Positions 1-10,337 of a stretch of 64,000 nt of DNA are shown in pieces (within the stretch, counting starts at the first letter, position 1; every line of letters begins with the position of its first letter). This stretch comes from an uncultured delta proteobacterium (lineage in GTDB: Bacteria > Desulfobacterota > Binatia > DP-6). Below the pieces are notes generated by a model. That model did not search any database, had not been told where the DNA came from, and saw only the letters and a program-made list of their open reading frames with translations. The stretch lies in assembly GCA_963815115.1 (NCBI GenBank), contig CAWFFN010000005.1, positions 32,001 through 96,000 of the forward strand. The letters are read 5' to 3'. Made by a program: the position numbers and the translations under genes.

Positions 1-1
1 C

Positions 2-3000
2 CTCGAATCCCGACCAGTGTCGCGGAATGCACGGATCGATCCGCCATGCGCCATGGTCGGGACGGATGCCGAGAAGCACCTCGATGCCGAAGCGATAGGC
101 CCATCCCGCCGCACCCGTGTACCACGTCCATCCGCCGCGGCCGGTCCAGGGCGCAGCGCCGTATACGTCGGCCGCCAGAACATAGGGTTCCACGCGATAC
201 CGCTCCACCGCCTCGCTCGTGCCGGCGTGGTGGACGGGAAGGAGCTTCTGGAACAGTGCGACCGTCTGGTCTGCCTCGCCGAGCTCGGCCAGTGCCCACA
301 GGAACCAGATGGCGGCATGCGTGTACTGTCCGCCGTTTTCCCGCACCCCGGGCGGGTAGGCCTTGATGTAGCCGGGGTCGGCGGTGCCGCGATCGAACGG
401 CGGGGCGAGGAGCAGGATGAGACCGTCATCCTCCCGGACGAGGTGCCGGCGCGCCGCGTCCATGGCCGCCGTCGCGCGCTGCGGGTCGGCTGCCGATGCG
501 AGCACGGCCCAGGCCTGCGAGAGCGAATCGATCTGGCACTCGGCGCTGGCAGCGGACCCGAGCGGGGTATCGTCGTCGTAGTACCCCCGGCGATACCATT
601 CGCCATCCCACGCCGATGCCTCGAGCGCCTGGCGCAACGCCTCGGCACGCTGACGCAGCTGGGCGGCGCGCCCAACCTCCTCCATGCGCTCGCAGAGGGG
701 AGCGAAGCGGGTGAGCGTCGCGTGCAGGAACCAGCCGAGCCAGACGCTCTCTCCACGTCCGCGATTCCCGACCCGATCCATCCCGTCGTTCCAGTCGCCG
801 CTGCCGAAAAGCGGCAGGCCGTGCGGCCCGGCCGTCTGTCCGCGCTCGATCGCCGCGACGCAGTGCCGGTACAAAGTTGCCCGCTGCTCGGTGAACGGAA
901 AGCGCTCGTAGCGCGCCGCCTGCTCGGGGCGGAGGATCTCACCCTTCACGAATCCGATTTCTTCACGGAGGATCGTCTCGTCGCCCGTGGCAGTCACATA
1001 GAAGGCGGTCACGAACGGCAACCAGAGCAGATCATCGGAGCAGCGCGTGCGGACGCCTGCCCCGGAATGCGGGTGCCACCAATGGAGCACGTCGCCCGCC
1101 TCGAACTGGTGCCGCGCGGCCTCGAGGATGTGGGACCGACACGCTGCGGGCGCCGCGTGAAGCAGCGCGGTCACGTCCTGCAGTTGATCGCGAAACCCGA
1201 AGGCGCCTCCGGGCTGATAGAAACCCGCTCGTGCCCAGAGTCGACTGACGAGCGTCTGATAGAGGAGCCAGCGGTTCAGCATCAGGTCGAGCGCCGGGTC
1301 GGGCGTGCGCACCTGGACCGTGCGGAGCAGCGACTCCCACTGCTCCGTGACGGCGACCCGGGCGGACTCGACGTTCGCGCGGTCCCGATACCTCGTGATC
1401 AGCGCGGCCGCCTCGTCGCGGGAGCGGGCCTGACCGAGCAGGAAATGCACGTCCGCGGTCGCGCCGGGCGCGAGATCGATGTGGACCTGGAGCGCCGCGC
1501 ACGGATCGAGGCCGGCGCGAACGGTGCTCGCGAGGCCGATGCGCTGGAGGGCCAGCGGGCGCGCGCGGCTCCCGTGCCGGCCCAGGAACTCGGCGCGGTC
1601 GGCCGTCAGTCCGTGGAGCCTTTCGCTCGCAGCTGCAAATGCGATGCGGTCGCTGAAGTCCGTGCTCCAGGGGTTCCGCGCGAGCAGCGCTTCCGATGCG
1701 GGGTCGAACTCCGGGACGACGAACGCCTGCGTCGTGTCGCGCGTCGCCCCGAGCACCCACTCGACGTAGTAGGTCGCGGTCACGCGGCGGGGGCGATCGA
1801 GACGATTCGTCACCTGGAGCTGGACGATCTTGACGGGATCGTTCAGCGGAACCCACATGCGCACGTGCTGATCGAGCCCCCGGCAGCGATGATGGAAGGT
1901 AGTGTAGCCCGCGCCGTGCCGGACCTGGTACGAGCCGGGGCCTGGTGCGGGCAGCGGCGTGGGGGACCAGACGGCGGCCGTCTCCTCGTCGCGGAGATAG
2001 AGAGTCTCCCCTGGCTCGTCCCGCACCGGGTCGTTCCGCCACGGCGTGAGCCGATTCTCGCCGCTGTGTTCACCCCACGTCGAGCCGCCGCCGGACTCGG
2101 ACATGATGAAGCCGAAGTGGGGGTTGGCGACGACGTTCACCCAGGGCGCAGGGGTGACGTCGGTCGGCCCGAGATGAACGACGTACTCGTGGCCATCTGG
2201 AGTGAACCCTCCGAAGCCGTTGTCGTACAGGAGGCCTTCGGGGCGGTCGAGCGGCTCGGGCACCGCCGTGTCGGGCAAGGTGGGAACGAGCGGCGGCAGG
2301 CGGGCAGGCTCCTCGGTCAGCTGCGCGAGGTCACCCGCGAGGTCGGTCGGGGACGCATCGAGGACCACGCGTGCCGCGGCGAGGAGCAACGTGCGGTCGG
2401 CCTCCGGGATGTGGGCGGTGCGGAGGAGGAAGACGCCCCCCGTCTGGTCGCGTGACACCTCGGCGCCCGCACGAGAGATGGCGCGCGCGATCCGGTCCTC
2501 CACGTCTTCTGCGTAGCCAGCCGCATGTTCGGCGAGAATGACGACGTCGACCGCCATGCCCCGTCGGCGCCAGAGGCGGTGCACCCGAAGCACGAAGCGC
2601 AGGAGCGGGGTGTCCTCCGTCCCGGCGATCCGCACGAGCAGGATCGGGAGGTCACCGGAGATGGCGTATCGCCAGAGGCCCGGCTGACCGAGACGGTTGC
2701 GACCGAGCACGTCGGAAGGGGCGCGCAGCGCGTGGTGGGGATAGATCATGAGCGAGAGCAGCTTCTGGGCAAGGCGGAGATCGCGCGGCGCGAGCCCGAG
2801 GTCGGCGGCCTCCACCTCGGCGTTTTGCCGGGCGAGCTCGAACGGCCACTCGAGGTTGTGGAGCGAGCGGTAGCGGCGCGCGAGGGCAACGGCGGCCTCG
2901 CGCGAGTCGGCGGCGAGGAAGATGTACGCGAGCGTCACCTGTCGATGTGGCGGCAGCTCGATCTCGCCCGACAGTGCCATGGCCGGATCGAGCGTGGCGC

Positions 3001-6000
3001 CCACGGTACCAGCCGGACGTCGGCCGGCTTCCGCGAACGCAGCCGGGCATGGGGCATCTCGGCGTCGCCCGAGAAATCGCTCGCGCGAGCTCTCGTACGC
3101 CGTGGGCGCGGGCCGCCGGCTGCCCAGCACCATCATGTGCAGGAGCCAGCCGGACGCACTGCCGGTGCCAGGACGGCGGTGGAACACCAGGGCGTGCAGC
3201 TCGGGCAGGTACTCACTCTCGACGAATAGCTTGCTGAAGGCCGGATGGCGGCGGTCCGCGGCCTCGTCGCCGAGGACGACCTCGGCATAGCTCGTGATCT
3301 CGAGCTGGCGTCGCAGGCCGCTCTCGTTCGCCAGCGTTACCTCGCGGATCTCGACGTCGTCGTCCGGGGCCACGCACAGGCGCTGCACCAGCGCAATCGT
3401 CCCGACCCGGTGGCGGATCTCCGCCATGTGCGCGTGGAAGAGCACCTCCGATCCGCCAGACGTCGACGACCAGACGTCGCCGGTCACGAGATCGCGCAGG
3501 TAGAGACGGAAGCCACGGTCATCCAGCGTCGTGTCGGACTCCCAGCGCGTGAGCGAGACGTTCTTCCATCGACTGACGCTGCCGGTCTCGGTCACCATTG
3601 CGTGGTAGCGGCCGTTCGACAGCACATGGGCCTGCGGGAAGGCAGCGTTCCGCGGGGCGGCCCAGGGCTCGATCCGCGTGCGCCGGCGCACCGCAACAGG
3701 AGGGCGCTCCAGCGTGAGCCGGGGGTGCTCGACCGGGGCGGTCTCGGTCGGGAGCTCGAAGAGGAGCGGCTCGGCGGTCTGTACGATGGGTTCTGCGTGG
3801 AAGCGGCGCACCATGGCGCTCGCGTTCAGCACGTTGTCGAGTGCGGCGAGGATCATGCCCTGGTGATGCGCCATGAAGGAGTGAACCATGGCCCGCTCTT
3901 CGCCGGGTGGCAGTCGTGATCGCGTGCAGTCGAGCGCCTCGTAGAGACCGTAGCGCCCCGCGAGACCGAGGGCTTCGAGGCGCCGCAGATTGGCGAGCGC
4001 AGCGCGCGGCACGTACGGCAGCGCGAGCACGCAGGCATAGGGGGCGATGACGAGGTCGTCTTCCAGGCCACGCTGGAAGCCGAGGTCCGGCACGCCAAAG
4101 GCCCGGTACTGGTAGTTCTGATGCGCGTCGAACTGGTGGTACCCTGCCTCCGAGATGCCCCACGGCACGCCACGACGCTTGCCGTAGGCAATTTGCACGT
4201 CGATCGCGGCAACGCATCCGCGACCGATGAGGCTGTTCTCGCCCTCCCGCATGAGGAGCGGCGGCATGAGGTACTCGAACATGGTCCCGCTCCACGAGAG
4301 CAGCGTCCGCAGTCCATCGAAGCGGCCGAACGGACGGCCGAGATGGAGCCAGTGCTCCTCGGGCACCTCGCCCTTCGCGATGGCGAGGAAGCTCGCGAGC
4401 CGCGCCTCCGAGGCGAGGAGGTCATAGTGGTGCTCGTCCGGGGAGCCCGCGGTGACGCTGTAGCCGATGTGCAAGAGGTGGCGGCGCTCGTCGTAGAGCC
4501 ACGCGAAGTCCATCTCGAGAAAGAGTTCCTCCGCCTGCCGGCCGAGCGCCGCGAGGGTGTCCAGGAGGCTCTGGCCGCCTGCGCGCGCCTGCAGGAGGGT
4601 CCGGGCGAGACCTGCCGTCCAGGTCCTCGCGTCGATCGCCGCGACGTCGCCGTCGGACAGTGTGTGCAGCACTTCGTCGGCGCGCGAGAGGCACGCGGCG
4701 ACCCGCTCGCAGGCCGAGGGCAGGTCGCAGAGCGCGGGCTCCCGGGGAAGAGCCGCCACGAAGGCGGCCCACGCCGTCGACAATGCCTCGGGCGCGCCGG
4801 GCCGGGCGAAGAGCGCCGGCGGGCTCGCCATGGAAATTTCCCACGGAAGAAGGAGGTCGAAGTCACGGTGCAGCGCGTGGATATGCTCGCGCACCTGTCC
4901 CGACCAGGCGCGAAGCTCCGACGTGAGCTCCGGATCCAGGTCCGTCACCTCGGGCGCGATCGCCGCGAGCAGTGCCGGTTCGAGTTCGGACGAGACCCGC
5001 TCGAGCAGCCGGACGACGCCCGCTCCCCACGCGCTCCGCCGCGGCTTCAGCGCCGTCGCCTCCCGCCGGAGCTCGGCGACGCACCCTCCGAGCGGCTCGA
5101 ATCGTGGGGCGCCGTGCCGCTGCGTCGCCAGCTCGATCACGCCGCCGAGGGCGGCCAGTGTGTCGACCAATCCGTCCCAACGCGCCGGCCCGACCACGGC
5201 GGCTGACGCCAGCTCGCGGCAGCCCTGCTTCACGGCGACGAGACACCCGGCGAGGTTCCCGCTGTCCACGGTCGAGACGTATCGTGGAGGGAGCGGCTCG
5301 AGATCGCGCGTATCGTACCAGTTGTAGAAGTGGCCGCGGTAGCGCTGCATCCGGGCGAGCGTGTCGAAGCTGTTCCTCAGCCGGAGCACGACGGAGAGCC
5401 GGCCCGTATAACCGAGGTCGTGCGCCGCGAGAATCGCGAGCTGGAGGAGCCCGATGTTCGTGGGAGACGTGCGGTGCGCGACCTCTCCGCGAGGCGTCTC
5501 CTGGAAGTGATCAGGGGGGAGCCACTGGTCCGCTGGGCCGACGAAGGTCTCGAAGAAGAGCCAGGTCCGCCGAGCGAGGAGGCGCAGGTGACGCACGTCC
5601 TCGTCCACGAGCGGCTCCGTCTTCCGTCGTCGCGGTTGGCTCACGCGCGCCGCAATCTCGGGGGATACGAGCCAGAGCAACACGAGCGGCAACGCCGCAG
5701 GAAGGGCGGTCGGGCGGAGGAGCACGAGAGCAACCGCCGCGGCGACGGCGAGGAGCGGAGCCGTCATCATCTCGTGCCAGAACCGGCGCGCCGAGGTGTC
5801 TCCTCCGACGGCGCGGGCGGTTGCGGCTGCCGAGGTCCACTGGAGGAGCCGACGGCGGCTCACGGCCAAGCGAAAGAGCGTGCGCGCGATGGCGTCGCTC
5901 AGGACGACCGATCGGTGTGCCAGCAACACTGTGTGCAGCACCCACAAAGCGATCGACCGGCGGGCGTGCTCCAGCACGCTCCGCAAACTGCGTGACGGGG

Positions 6001-8332
6001 CCCTGAAGATGCGGATCGAGAGCAGCCCCTCCGCCGTCTCGGTCAGTGCGGGCGCGGCGAGTGCCAAGAGTGCGACCGCGGTCCACACCACGGGGCTGCC
6101 CGGCAGGCCGAACCACGCGACGAGGAGGAACCCGAACAGCGTCGGAGCGAGCAGCGTGCGTCGGAGGTTGTCGGCGATCTTCCATCGCGCGATGAGCGAG
6201 AGAGGATTGGGACCGTGCCGGCCGTCTTCGAGCGGGACACGGTGGCCGAGCCACGGCAGGAGCTGCCAGTCCCCTCGCGCCCAGCGATGGAGCCGCCGTG
6301 CATGCGTGAGGTAGTCGGGCGGGTAGTCCTCCAGCAGGACGATATCGGTCACGAGTGCCGTGCGCCCGTGGATGCCTTCGAACAGGTCGTGGCTGAGCAG
6401 CGCGTTCTCGGGGACCCGGCCACGCAGGCTGCGCGCGAAGGCCACCGGATCGTAGATCCCCTTGCCGATGTAGATGCCTTCACCGAAGAGGTCCTCGTAT
6501 GCGTCCGAAACGGCTCGCGCGTAGAGGTCGACACCTCCGTCCCCGACGAAGACGTGAGCGAACCAGGAGGCCTCGGCGCCGAGGGGCGTCACGTCGACGC
6601 GCGGTTGCAGCAACGTGTAGCCGGCGACCACGTGGCCCGTTCGCGCGTCGAACTCGGCCCGATTGAGGGGATGCGCGAAGGTCGCCACGAGCCGACGAGC
6701 GGCCTCGCGCGGCAGCTCGGTGTCCGCGTCGAGCGTGATGACGAAGCGGATCGTGCGCAGGACGTCGGGATCGCCGACGCGAAGGGAGAAGTCGCTCTCC
6801 CCTTCGCCAGCCAGCAGGCGGTTGAACGCCGCGAGCTTGCCGCGCTTGCGCTCCCAGCCCATCCAGCAGCCTTCGGCAGCATTCCAGCGTCGCGGACGGT
6901 GCAGGAGATGGAACTGTGCCGGGTCGCCCTTGCCGTATCGTGCGTTCAGCGTGCGGATCCCCTCTGCCGCCCGCCGGAGCAGCTCGTCGTCCTCCGGGAC
7001 CGCTTGCACCGGGGCGTCGGCCAGATCCGTGAGGAGCGCGAGGTGAAGGTTCGCGTCCGCGTTGGCGAGCCAATTGAGCTCGATCCTCGAGAGCAGTGCG
7101 GAGACATCCTCCGCGTCCCCGAGCAAGGCCGGCATGACCACCATGGTTCGGCAGTCGGGCGGGATCCCCTTGCGGAAGTCCATCTTCGGCAGCACCCGCG
7201 GCGGGAGCAGTCGTGTCACGAGCGTGTTCACGAGCGTGACGGCGATCGTGACCGCGGGCACGATCGCGAGCAGCATGGCGGTCGTGGCCAGGGCCACGCC
7301 GGTGCCAAGCGCACGCAGCGCGGCGAACAGCGCGCTCTCATGGAGCATGGCAAGGACGGCGATCGGCCCGAGATAGGCGCTCGTCGGGTGGCGCCTCAGA
7401 AACCCCTGCCAGCGCGTCGGCCAGGGACGACGAGCGCCGAGCGCGCGGTCGAGGGTCTCGACGCCGGCATCGACGAGGTGGTACCCGACGTGCGCGGCGC
7501 GTCCGCACCGGTACTCCCGCGCCGCACGGACCGCCTCCTCGGCGACCTCCTCCTCGGTGCGTCCGCTCTGCGAGGCGAGGTCCTCGACGACCTTCCGGTA
7601 GCGGTCGCGGGTGTCGAACTCCATCCGGGCATATGTCCCTGCGGGATCCTGACGGAGGATCTGCTCCGTCTCGCTGACCTGCTCGAAGAAAGCCTTCCAG
7701 TCGGTGGCCTCGAGGGCACGGAGGCTCCGGATGCAGCTCGCGACGACCTGATCTACCGCGGTCTCGCGCGGAGAAGGGCGGTTGGCTGCGACCGCTGGTT
7801 CCGCTTCCGGCACCGGTGGGGCGATCGAGGAGGCAACCGCGCCAAGCTGCTCGAGCAGGGCCACGCGGAGCAGGATGGGCAACGCCCAGACCTCGGCGAT
7901 GGACAGTCTCCGAAGCGTCTGGAACTCGGCGAGGAGGCTCAGGGCGCTGTCCGCATCGATGTGGCCGCTGCCGATGGCTACGAACTCGCGGGCCAGCCCG
8001 AAGACCAACGGGTAGCCGGCCAGGTCGCCGGTGGTGAGTCGCCGGAGTCGGCGCTCGAACTCGTGCGGAAACTCCTCACGGATCACGCGGAAGGCCCGCT
8101 CGACGATGTAGGAGTTGTCGAGCAGCCACTCCGCGGCCGGACTCTCGACCGCTTCACCGCCGGCGTCGCGCAGGCGTCGGTATGCGCTCTCGATGGCGCG
8201 CCGGGCGCCGCGGACGAGGTCGATCACGTGGGGCGCCCCGCGCCCGGCCCTCGCAAGGGGCGCGCCGGCGAGGCGCTTCAGTGGTTCGCTGACATCGGCC
8301 TCGTCGGCGACCGCGCCCGGATGAGCCACCAC
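2..8332 (-). CDS. Cyclic beta-1,2-glucan synthase-like / GH94 glycoside phosphorylase multidomain protein (NdvB/ChvB-like), 3' end runs off the window
   Basis: Not in the ORF track because there is no stop in the window. GTG start at 8332 after GGAGA. Spot translation gives GWERKRGKL, FVITLDADT, RGGWTWYTGAAGW and RIDPCIPRHW. The long + strand ORFs at 17, 2525, 3245, 4121, 5330 and 6215 all share one register, as expected for antisense shadows of a single ORF of >2700 codons. Confidence 0.9.
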   Translation of the reverse strand, partial: MVAHPGAVADEADVSEPLKRLAGAPLARAGRGAPHVIDLVRGARRAIESAYRRLRDAGGEAVESPAAEWLLDNSYIVERAFRVIREEFPHEFERRLRRLTTGDLAGYPLVFGLAREFVAIGSGHIDADSALSLLAEFQTLRRLSIAEVWALPILLRVALLEQLGAVASSIAPPVPEAEPAVAANRPSPRETAVDQVVASCIRSLRALEATDWKAFFEQVSETEQILRQDPAGTYARMEFDTRDRYRKVVEDLASQSGRTEEEVAEEAVRAAREYRCGRAAHVGYHLVDAGVETLDRALGARRPWPTRWQGFLRRHPTSAYLGPIAVLAMLHESALFAALRALGTGVALATTAMLLAIVPAVTIAVTLVNTLVTRLLPPRVLPKMDFRKGIPPDCRTMVVMPALLGDAEDVSALLSRIELNWLANADANLHLALLTDLADAPVQAVPEDDELLRRAAEGIRTLNARYGKGDPAQFHLLHRPRRWNAAEGCWMGWERKRGKLAAFNRLLAGEGESDFSLRVGDPDVLRTIRFVITLDADTELPREAARRLVATFAHPLNRAEFDARTGHVVAGYTLLQPRVDVTPLGAEASWFAHVFVGDGGVDLYARAVSDAYEDLFGEGIYIGKGIYDPVAFARSLRGRVPENALLSHDLFEGIHGRTALVTDIVLLEDYPPDYLTHARRLHRWARGDWQLLPWLGHRVPLEDGRHGPNPLSLIARWKIADNLRRTLLAPTLFGFLLVAWFGLPGSPVVWTAVALLALAAPALTETAEGLLSIRIFRAPSRSLRSVLEHARRSIALWVLHTVLLAHRSVVLSDAIARTLFRLAVSRRRLLQWTSAAATARAVGGDTSARRFWHEMMTAPLLAVAAAVALVLLRPTALPAALPLVLLWLVSPEIAARVSQPRRRKTEPLVDEDVRHLRLLARRTWLFFETFVGPADQWLPPDHFQETPRGEVAHRTSPTNIGLLQLAILAAHDLGYTGRLSVVLRLRNSFDTLARMQRYRGHFYNWYDTRDLEPLPPRYVSTVDSGNLAGCLVAVKQGCRELASAAVVGPARWDGLVDTLAALGGVIELATQRHGAPRFEPLGGCVAELRREATALKPRRSAWGAGVVRLLERVSSELEPALLAAIAPEVTDLDPELTSELRAWSGQVREHIHALHRDFDLLLPWEISMASPPALFARPGAPEALSTAWAAFVAALPREPALCDLPSACERVAACLSRADEVLHTLSDGDVAAIDARTWTAGLARTLLQARAGGQSLLDTLAALGRQAEELFLEMDFAWLYDERRHLLHIGYSVTAGSPDEHHYDLLASEARLASFLAIAKGEVPEEHWLHLGRPFGRFDGLRTLLSWSGTMFEYLMPPLLMREGENSLIGRGCVAAIDVQIAYGKRRGVPWGISEAGYHQFDAHQNYQYRAFGVPDLGFQRGLEDDLVIAPYACVLALPYVPRAALANLRRLEALGLAGRYGLYEALDCTRSRLPPGEERAMVHSFMAHHQGMILAALDNVLNASAMVRRFHAEPIVQTAEPLLFELPTETAPVEHPRLTLERPPVAVRRRTRIEPWAAPRNAAFPQAHVLSNGRYHAMVTETGSVSRWKNVSLTRWESDTTLDDRGFRLYLRDLVTGDVWSSTSGGSEVLFHAHMAEIRHRVGTIALVQRLCVAPDDDVEIREVTLANESGLRRQLEITSYAEVVLGDEAADRRHPAFSKLFVESEYLPELHALVFHRRPGTGSASGWLLHMMVLGSRRPAPTAYESSRERFLGRRRDAPCPAAFAEAGRRPAGTVGATLDPAMALSGEIELPPHRQVTLAYIFLAADSREAAVALARRYRSLHNLEWPFELARQNAEVEAADLGLAPRDLRLAQKLLSLMIYPHHALRAPSDVLGRNRLGQPGLWRYAISGDLPILLVRIAGTEDTPLLRFVLRVHRLWRRRGMAVDVVILAEHAAGYAEDVEDRIARAISRAGAEVSRDQTGGVFLLRTAHIPEADRTLLLAAARVVLDASPTDLAGDLAQLTEEPARLPPLVPTLPDTAVPEPLDRPEGLLYDNGFGGFTPDGHEYVVHLGPTDVTPAPWVNVVANPHFGFIMSESGGGSTWGEHSGENRLTPWRNDPVRDEPGETLYLRDEETAAVWSPTPLPAPGPGSYQVRHGAGYTTFHHRCRGLDQHVRMWVPLNDPVKIVQLQVTNRLDRPRRVTATYYVEWVLGATRDTTQAFVVPEFDPASEALLARNPWSTDFSDRIAFAAASERLHGLTADRAEFLGRHGSRARPLALQRIGLASTVRAGLDPCAALQVHIDLAPGATADVHFLLGQARSRDEAAALITRYRDRANVESARVAVTEQWESLLRTVQVRTPDPALDLMLNRWLLYQTLVSRLWARAGFYQPGGAFGFRDQLQDVTALLHAAPAACRSHILEAARHQFEAGDVLHWWHPHSGAGVRTRCSDDLLWLPFVTAFYVTATGDETILREEIGFVKGEILRPEQAARYERFPFTEQRATLYRHCVAAIERGQTAGPHGLPLFGSGDWNDGMDRVGNRGRGESVWLGWFLHATLTRFAPLCERMEEVGRAAQLRQRAEALRQALEASAWDGEWYRRGYYDDDTPLGSAASAECQIDSLSQAWAVLASAADPQRATAAMDAARRHLVREDDGLILLLAPPFDRGTADPGYIKAYPPGVRENGGQYTHAAIWFLWALAELGEADQTVALFQKLLPVHHAGTSEAVERYRVEPYVLAADVYGAAPWTGRGGWTWYTGAAGWAYRFGIEVLLGIRPDHGAWRIDPCIPRHWSGFE

Positions 8333-8344
8333 TCTCCGCCCTGC

Positions 8345-9442
8345 TCAGTGTCCAGGGTGGCTCCGCGCGGCCTCCTGTGCGCGTGTCGACTCGTGCACTG
8401 CACCGGCGAGATCCTGCAGGACGATGATCGGCCTGCTGCTCCGCTGAATGAGGTGCGCCACCGTGCTCCCGTACCGGTCGTTCGCGTTCCCGGTGGCCCC
8501 GTGTGCGCAGGCGACGATCAGATCGACGTCGTCGCGATCGGCAAGCTCGAGGATGGTATGAGGCTTGCGCGTCGAGACGACCGCGTTCGTCTGTACCCGG
8601 ATGCCCTGTGCCGAGAGGTCGTTCGAGAGGTTCTGCAGATAGTGCTCGCTCTCGAGGCGATTCCGTTCCGTGAGCCGGCGCGCGAGGGCGACATCCTCGG
8701 ACGACGGCGGCATGCGCCGGGGGAGCTCGGGCTCGGGCACGACGTGGGCGAGGACCAGGTCGGCGTCGTGCGCGCGAGCGAGCGCGACGGCGAAGGGCAG
8801 GATGCACTCGGCGCGCGGAGAGCAGTCGAGCGGCACGAGGATCCTGCCGAGGCGAAGCTGGGGTCGGCGTGCGGCCTCGGCGGCGTAGGCCGGCACGATG
8901 AGAATCGAGCTGTGCGTCCGTGCGACCACCTTCTGCACCGTGCTGCTGAGCACCCAGCTCGTGAGACCTCCTTCGCCATGGCTCGAGAGCACGATCAGGT
9001 CGACGTGGTGCTCCTGCGCGAAATGAATGATCTGCTCGGCCGGCCGGCCCTCTCGCACCGCGACGTCGGAGGTGAGGCCGGCGGCTACGAGCTGGTGGTT
9101 GAACCGTGCGAGCTGGCTGTGCGCCTCGGCGCGCGCGAGCTCCCACTCCACGGGATCGACGTGCCCGCTCGGGGCCGTGAGCACTCGGAGGAGCGTGATT
9201 CGTGCCGAGAGCACTTTGCCCACCGCGGCGGCGAACGGCAGGGCACACGCCGCCACCGCCGAGCCATCCAGCGGCACCAGGATGTGGCGAATCGTAAGAC
9301 TGGGATACCCGGCGGCGTCGCCTGCGGGCCCGGCGAAGGCGGACCGGCGAGTCGCTTGCGAGTCCCCCGCGGTCCGCTCAGCGAGTCGGGCGACCTGCAA
9401 GAGCGCGTCGGCCAAGGGAGAAGTCGTGTGTTCGAACGCCAT
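8345..9442 (-). CDS. Universal stress protein, tandem USP domains
   Basis: HILVPLDGS...VDLIVLSSHG...SSTVQKVV, plus a second ILVPLDCS...DLIVACAHG domain. Confidence 0.9.
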   Translation of the reverse strand: MAFEHTTSPLADALLQVARLAERTAGDSQATRRSAFAGPAGDAAGYPSLTIRHILVPLDGSAVAACALPFAAAVGKVLSARITLLRVLTAPSGHVDPVEWELARAEAHSQLARFNHQLVAAGLTSDVAVREGRPAEQIIHFAQEHHVDLIVLSSHGEGGLTSWVLSSTVQKVVARTHSSILIVPAYAAEAARRPQLRLGRILVPLDCSPRAECILPFAVALARAHDADLVLAHVVPEPELPRRMPPSSEDVALARRLTERNRLESEHYLQNLSNDLSAQGIRVQTNAVVSTRKPHTILELADRDDVDLIVACAHGATGNANDRYGSTVAHLIQRSSRPIIVLQDLAGAVHESTRAQEAARSHPGH

Positions 9443-9530
9443 GCGCAAGGCGACCTGAGTGCTCAAGGCACTCTACATGCCGAGACGCTCCGCCGCTTCA
9501 CCGAGAGGTCCGCAGCCCACGAGTGAGGAT

Positions 9531-10202
9531 TCATCTCCAAGGATCGATCTCGAGATGGTCCTCCACCGACCGAACACCCGGCGCGAAGCGTGCCGCCGCC
9601 AGCGTCGCTCGCTTCTCCGCCCATGAGCGGACGTGGCCAGTGAGCTTTACGGTGCCAGTGGGCGTCACCTCTACCCCGATGCGCTTGGCTTCGCGATCTG
9701 CTCGTCGCTCGAGGGCATCTTCGATGGCTTCGCGGACCCGCTCCGGCAGCACCGGCGTTGTGGAGAGGACCGTCATCGTGTCGAACACGCCGCGCACGCC
9801 GACCAGGTTCTGCACCGCACGCTCGGCATCCTCGCGTTGGGTCCAGCTGTCGACGGTACCCTCGAGCGTCACCCAGCCGTTCGACACGGTCGACTGGATG
9901 CGCTCGTGCGGAACCAGCGCATCCCACTCGAGCGCCCGTCGCACCGCCTGTGCGATCTCGGTATCCGTCCGCACGAGATCTCCGGGGAGCTTCACCTTGA
10001 TGTCGTTCGCGACATCGAGCACGCCTGTTACGCAGTGCGCTGCCTCCTGAGCGGCCACTCGCTTGGCCCAGCTGCTCACCGTGCCGGTCAGGGTGACGAC
10101 ACCGCGATCGACCTCGACCCCGACCTCCGTCTCTTCGACCCGCGGATCCCAGCTCAGTTCGCGGAGCACGTCTTGCTGAATCTCTGAGTCGCTCTTCGCC
10201 AT
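9531..10202 (-). CDS. BON-domain (OsmY-like) protein with three BON repeats
   Basis: Repeated SDSEI..V...L...GVVTLTGTV.SW pattern; GGAGG RBS before ATG 10202. Confidence 0.9.
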   Translation of the reverse strand: MAKSDSEIQQDVLRELSWDPRVEETEVGVEVDRGVVTLTGTVSSWAKRVAAQEAAHCVTGVLDVANDIKVKLPGDLVRTDTEIAQAVRRALEWDALVPHERIQSTVSNGWVTLEGTVDSWTQREDAERAVQNLVGVRGVFDTMTVLSTTPVLPERVREAIEDALERRADREAKRIGVEVTPTGTVKLTGHVRSWAEKRATLAAARFAPGVRSVEDHLEIDPWR

Positions 10203-10231
10203 GATCAACCTCCCATGTCTCGCTCATTGGA

Positions 10232-10247
10232 TGCAACTGCGATGCCA
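10232..10247 (-). promoter_or_regulatory. Sigma-54 -24/-12 promoter for the BON-USP-GH94 unit
   Basis: TGGCAT-CGCAG-TTGCA, 30 bp upstream of the BON ATG. Confidence 0.75.
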
Positions 10248-10337
10248 GTTGCGGTATCAGCGGAAACCCGAGAGGATGGCCGCCGAGATTCCGAGTGACA
10301 GAAGAGAGGGTGCGCTCGGTGTTCGCAAGCTCGAGGT

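Noticed and set aside
17-9526. Long + strand ORFs (812, 361 and 1103 aa etc.)
   Set aside because: Antisense shadows in one register of the minus-strand GH94 and USP genes; no recognisable motifs.
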